Source: Scyliorhinus canicula (taxonomy: Eukaryota). Taken from it: a stretch of 64,000 nucleotides of DNA. The position numbers and the translations under genes are program-made. This document shows, one piece after another, positions 62,901 to 64,000 of the stretch (positions are counted from its first letter, which is position 1; every line of letters begins with the position of its first letter). Under the pieces are notes generated by a model that was not told the DNA's origin, searched no databases, and was given only the letters and a program-made list of their open reading frames with translations. Where the stretch lies: NCBI RefSeq assembly GCF_902713615.1, contig NC_052164.1, forward strand, positions 372,001 through 436,000, given 5' to 3'.

Positions 62901-64000
62901 AGAACATAGAACATAGAACGATACAGCGCAGTACAGGCCCTTCGGCCCTCAATGTTGCACCGACATGGAAAAAAAACTAAAGGCCATCTAACCTACACTA
63001 TGCCCTTATCATCCATATGCTTATCCAATAAACTTTTAAATGCCCTCAATGTTGGCGAGTTCACTACTGTTGCAGGTAGGGCATTCCACGGCCTCACCAC
63101 TCTTTGCGTAAAAAACCCACCTCTGACCTCTGTCCTATATCTATTACCCTTCAATTTAAGGCTATGTCCCCTCGTGATAGCCACCTCCATCCGCGGGAGA
63201 AGGCTCTCGCTGTCCACCCTATCTAACCCTCTGATCATTTTGTATGCCTCTATTAGGTCACCTCTTAACCTTCTTCTCTCTAACGAAAACAACCTCAAGT
63301 CCATCAGCCTTTCCTCATAAGATTTTCCCTCCATACCAGGCAACATCCTGGTAAATCTCCTCTGCACCCGTTCCAAAGCTTCTACGTCCTTCCTATAATG
63401 GGGCGACCAGAACTGTACGCAATACTCCAAATGCGGCCGTACCAGAGTTTGGTACAGCTGCATCATGACCTCATGGCTCCGGAACTCAATCCCTCTACCA
63501 ATAAAGGCCATCACACCATAGGCCTTCTTCACAACCCTATCAACCTGGGTGGCAACTTTCAGGGATCTATGTACATGGACACCGAGATCCCTCTGCTCAT
63601 CCACACTACCAAGAATTTTACCATTAGCCAAATATTCCGCATTCCTGTTATTCTTTCCAAAGTGAATCACCTCACACTTCTCCACATTAAACTCCATTTG
63701 CCACCTCTCAGCCCAGCTCTGCAGCTTATCTATGTCCCTCTGTAACCTGCAACATCCTTCCGCACTGTCTACAACTCCACCGACTTTAGTGTCGTCTGCA
63801 AATTTACTTACCCATCCTTCTGCTCCCTCCTCTAGGTCATTTATAAATATGACAAACAGCAACGGCCCCAGAACAGATCCTTGTGGTACGCCACTCGTAA
63901 CTGAACTCCATTCTGAACATTTCCCATCAACCACCACTCTCTGTCTTCTTTCAACTAGCCAATTTCTGATCCACATCTCTAAATCACCCTCAATCCCCAG
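62901..64000 (-). mobile_element. Young CR1 LINE 3' end with open RT C-terminus
   Basis: ORF 62993-63976 is uninterrupted; (TTCTATG)n tail. Confidence 0.95.

Overview
Repeat-rich vertebrate DNA, most likely from a cartilaginous fish (shark-type HE1/V-SINEs and abundant CR1 LINEs; species is inference). Three genes are partly present. COASY (minus strand): first coding exon 10166-10832, a probable non-coding first exon, and a GC-rich promoter with CCAAT boxes spaced exactly 32 bp apart. RETREG3/FAM134C (minus strand): seven phase-consistent coding exons from 46746 down to the stop at 18313, with a GC-AG last intron and the LIR motif. Gamma-tubulin TUBG1 (plus strand): exon 2 at 61385-61497. 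RETREG3 exons 1-2 and TUBG1 exon 1 were not found and probably lie in the assembly gap at 53234-53733. The rest is CR1, L1, RTE and Rex1 LINEs, tRNA-derived SINEs, hAT and pogo relics, solo LTRs, Penelope-like elements and GC-rich minisatellites. The most notable signal is a Penelope family, including 150-200 bp TSD-flanked mini-elements, carrying minimal hammerhead ribozyme motifs; two intact-core copies lie sense to host introns. Exon and TSD coordinates were read base by base; most LINE/SINE boundaries are approximate.
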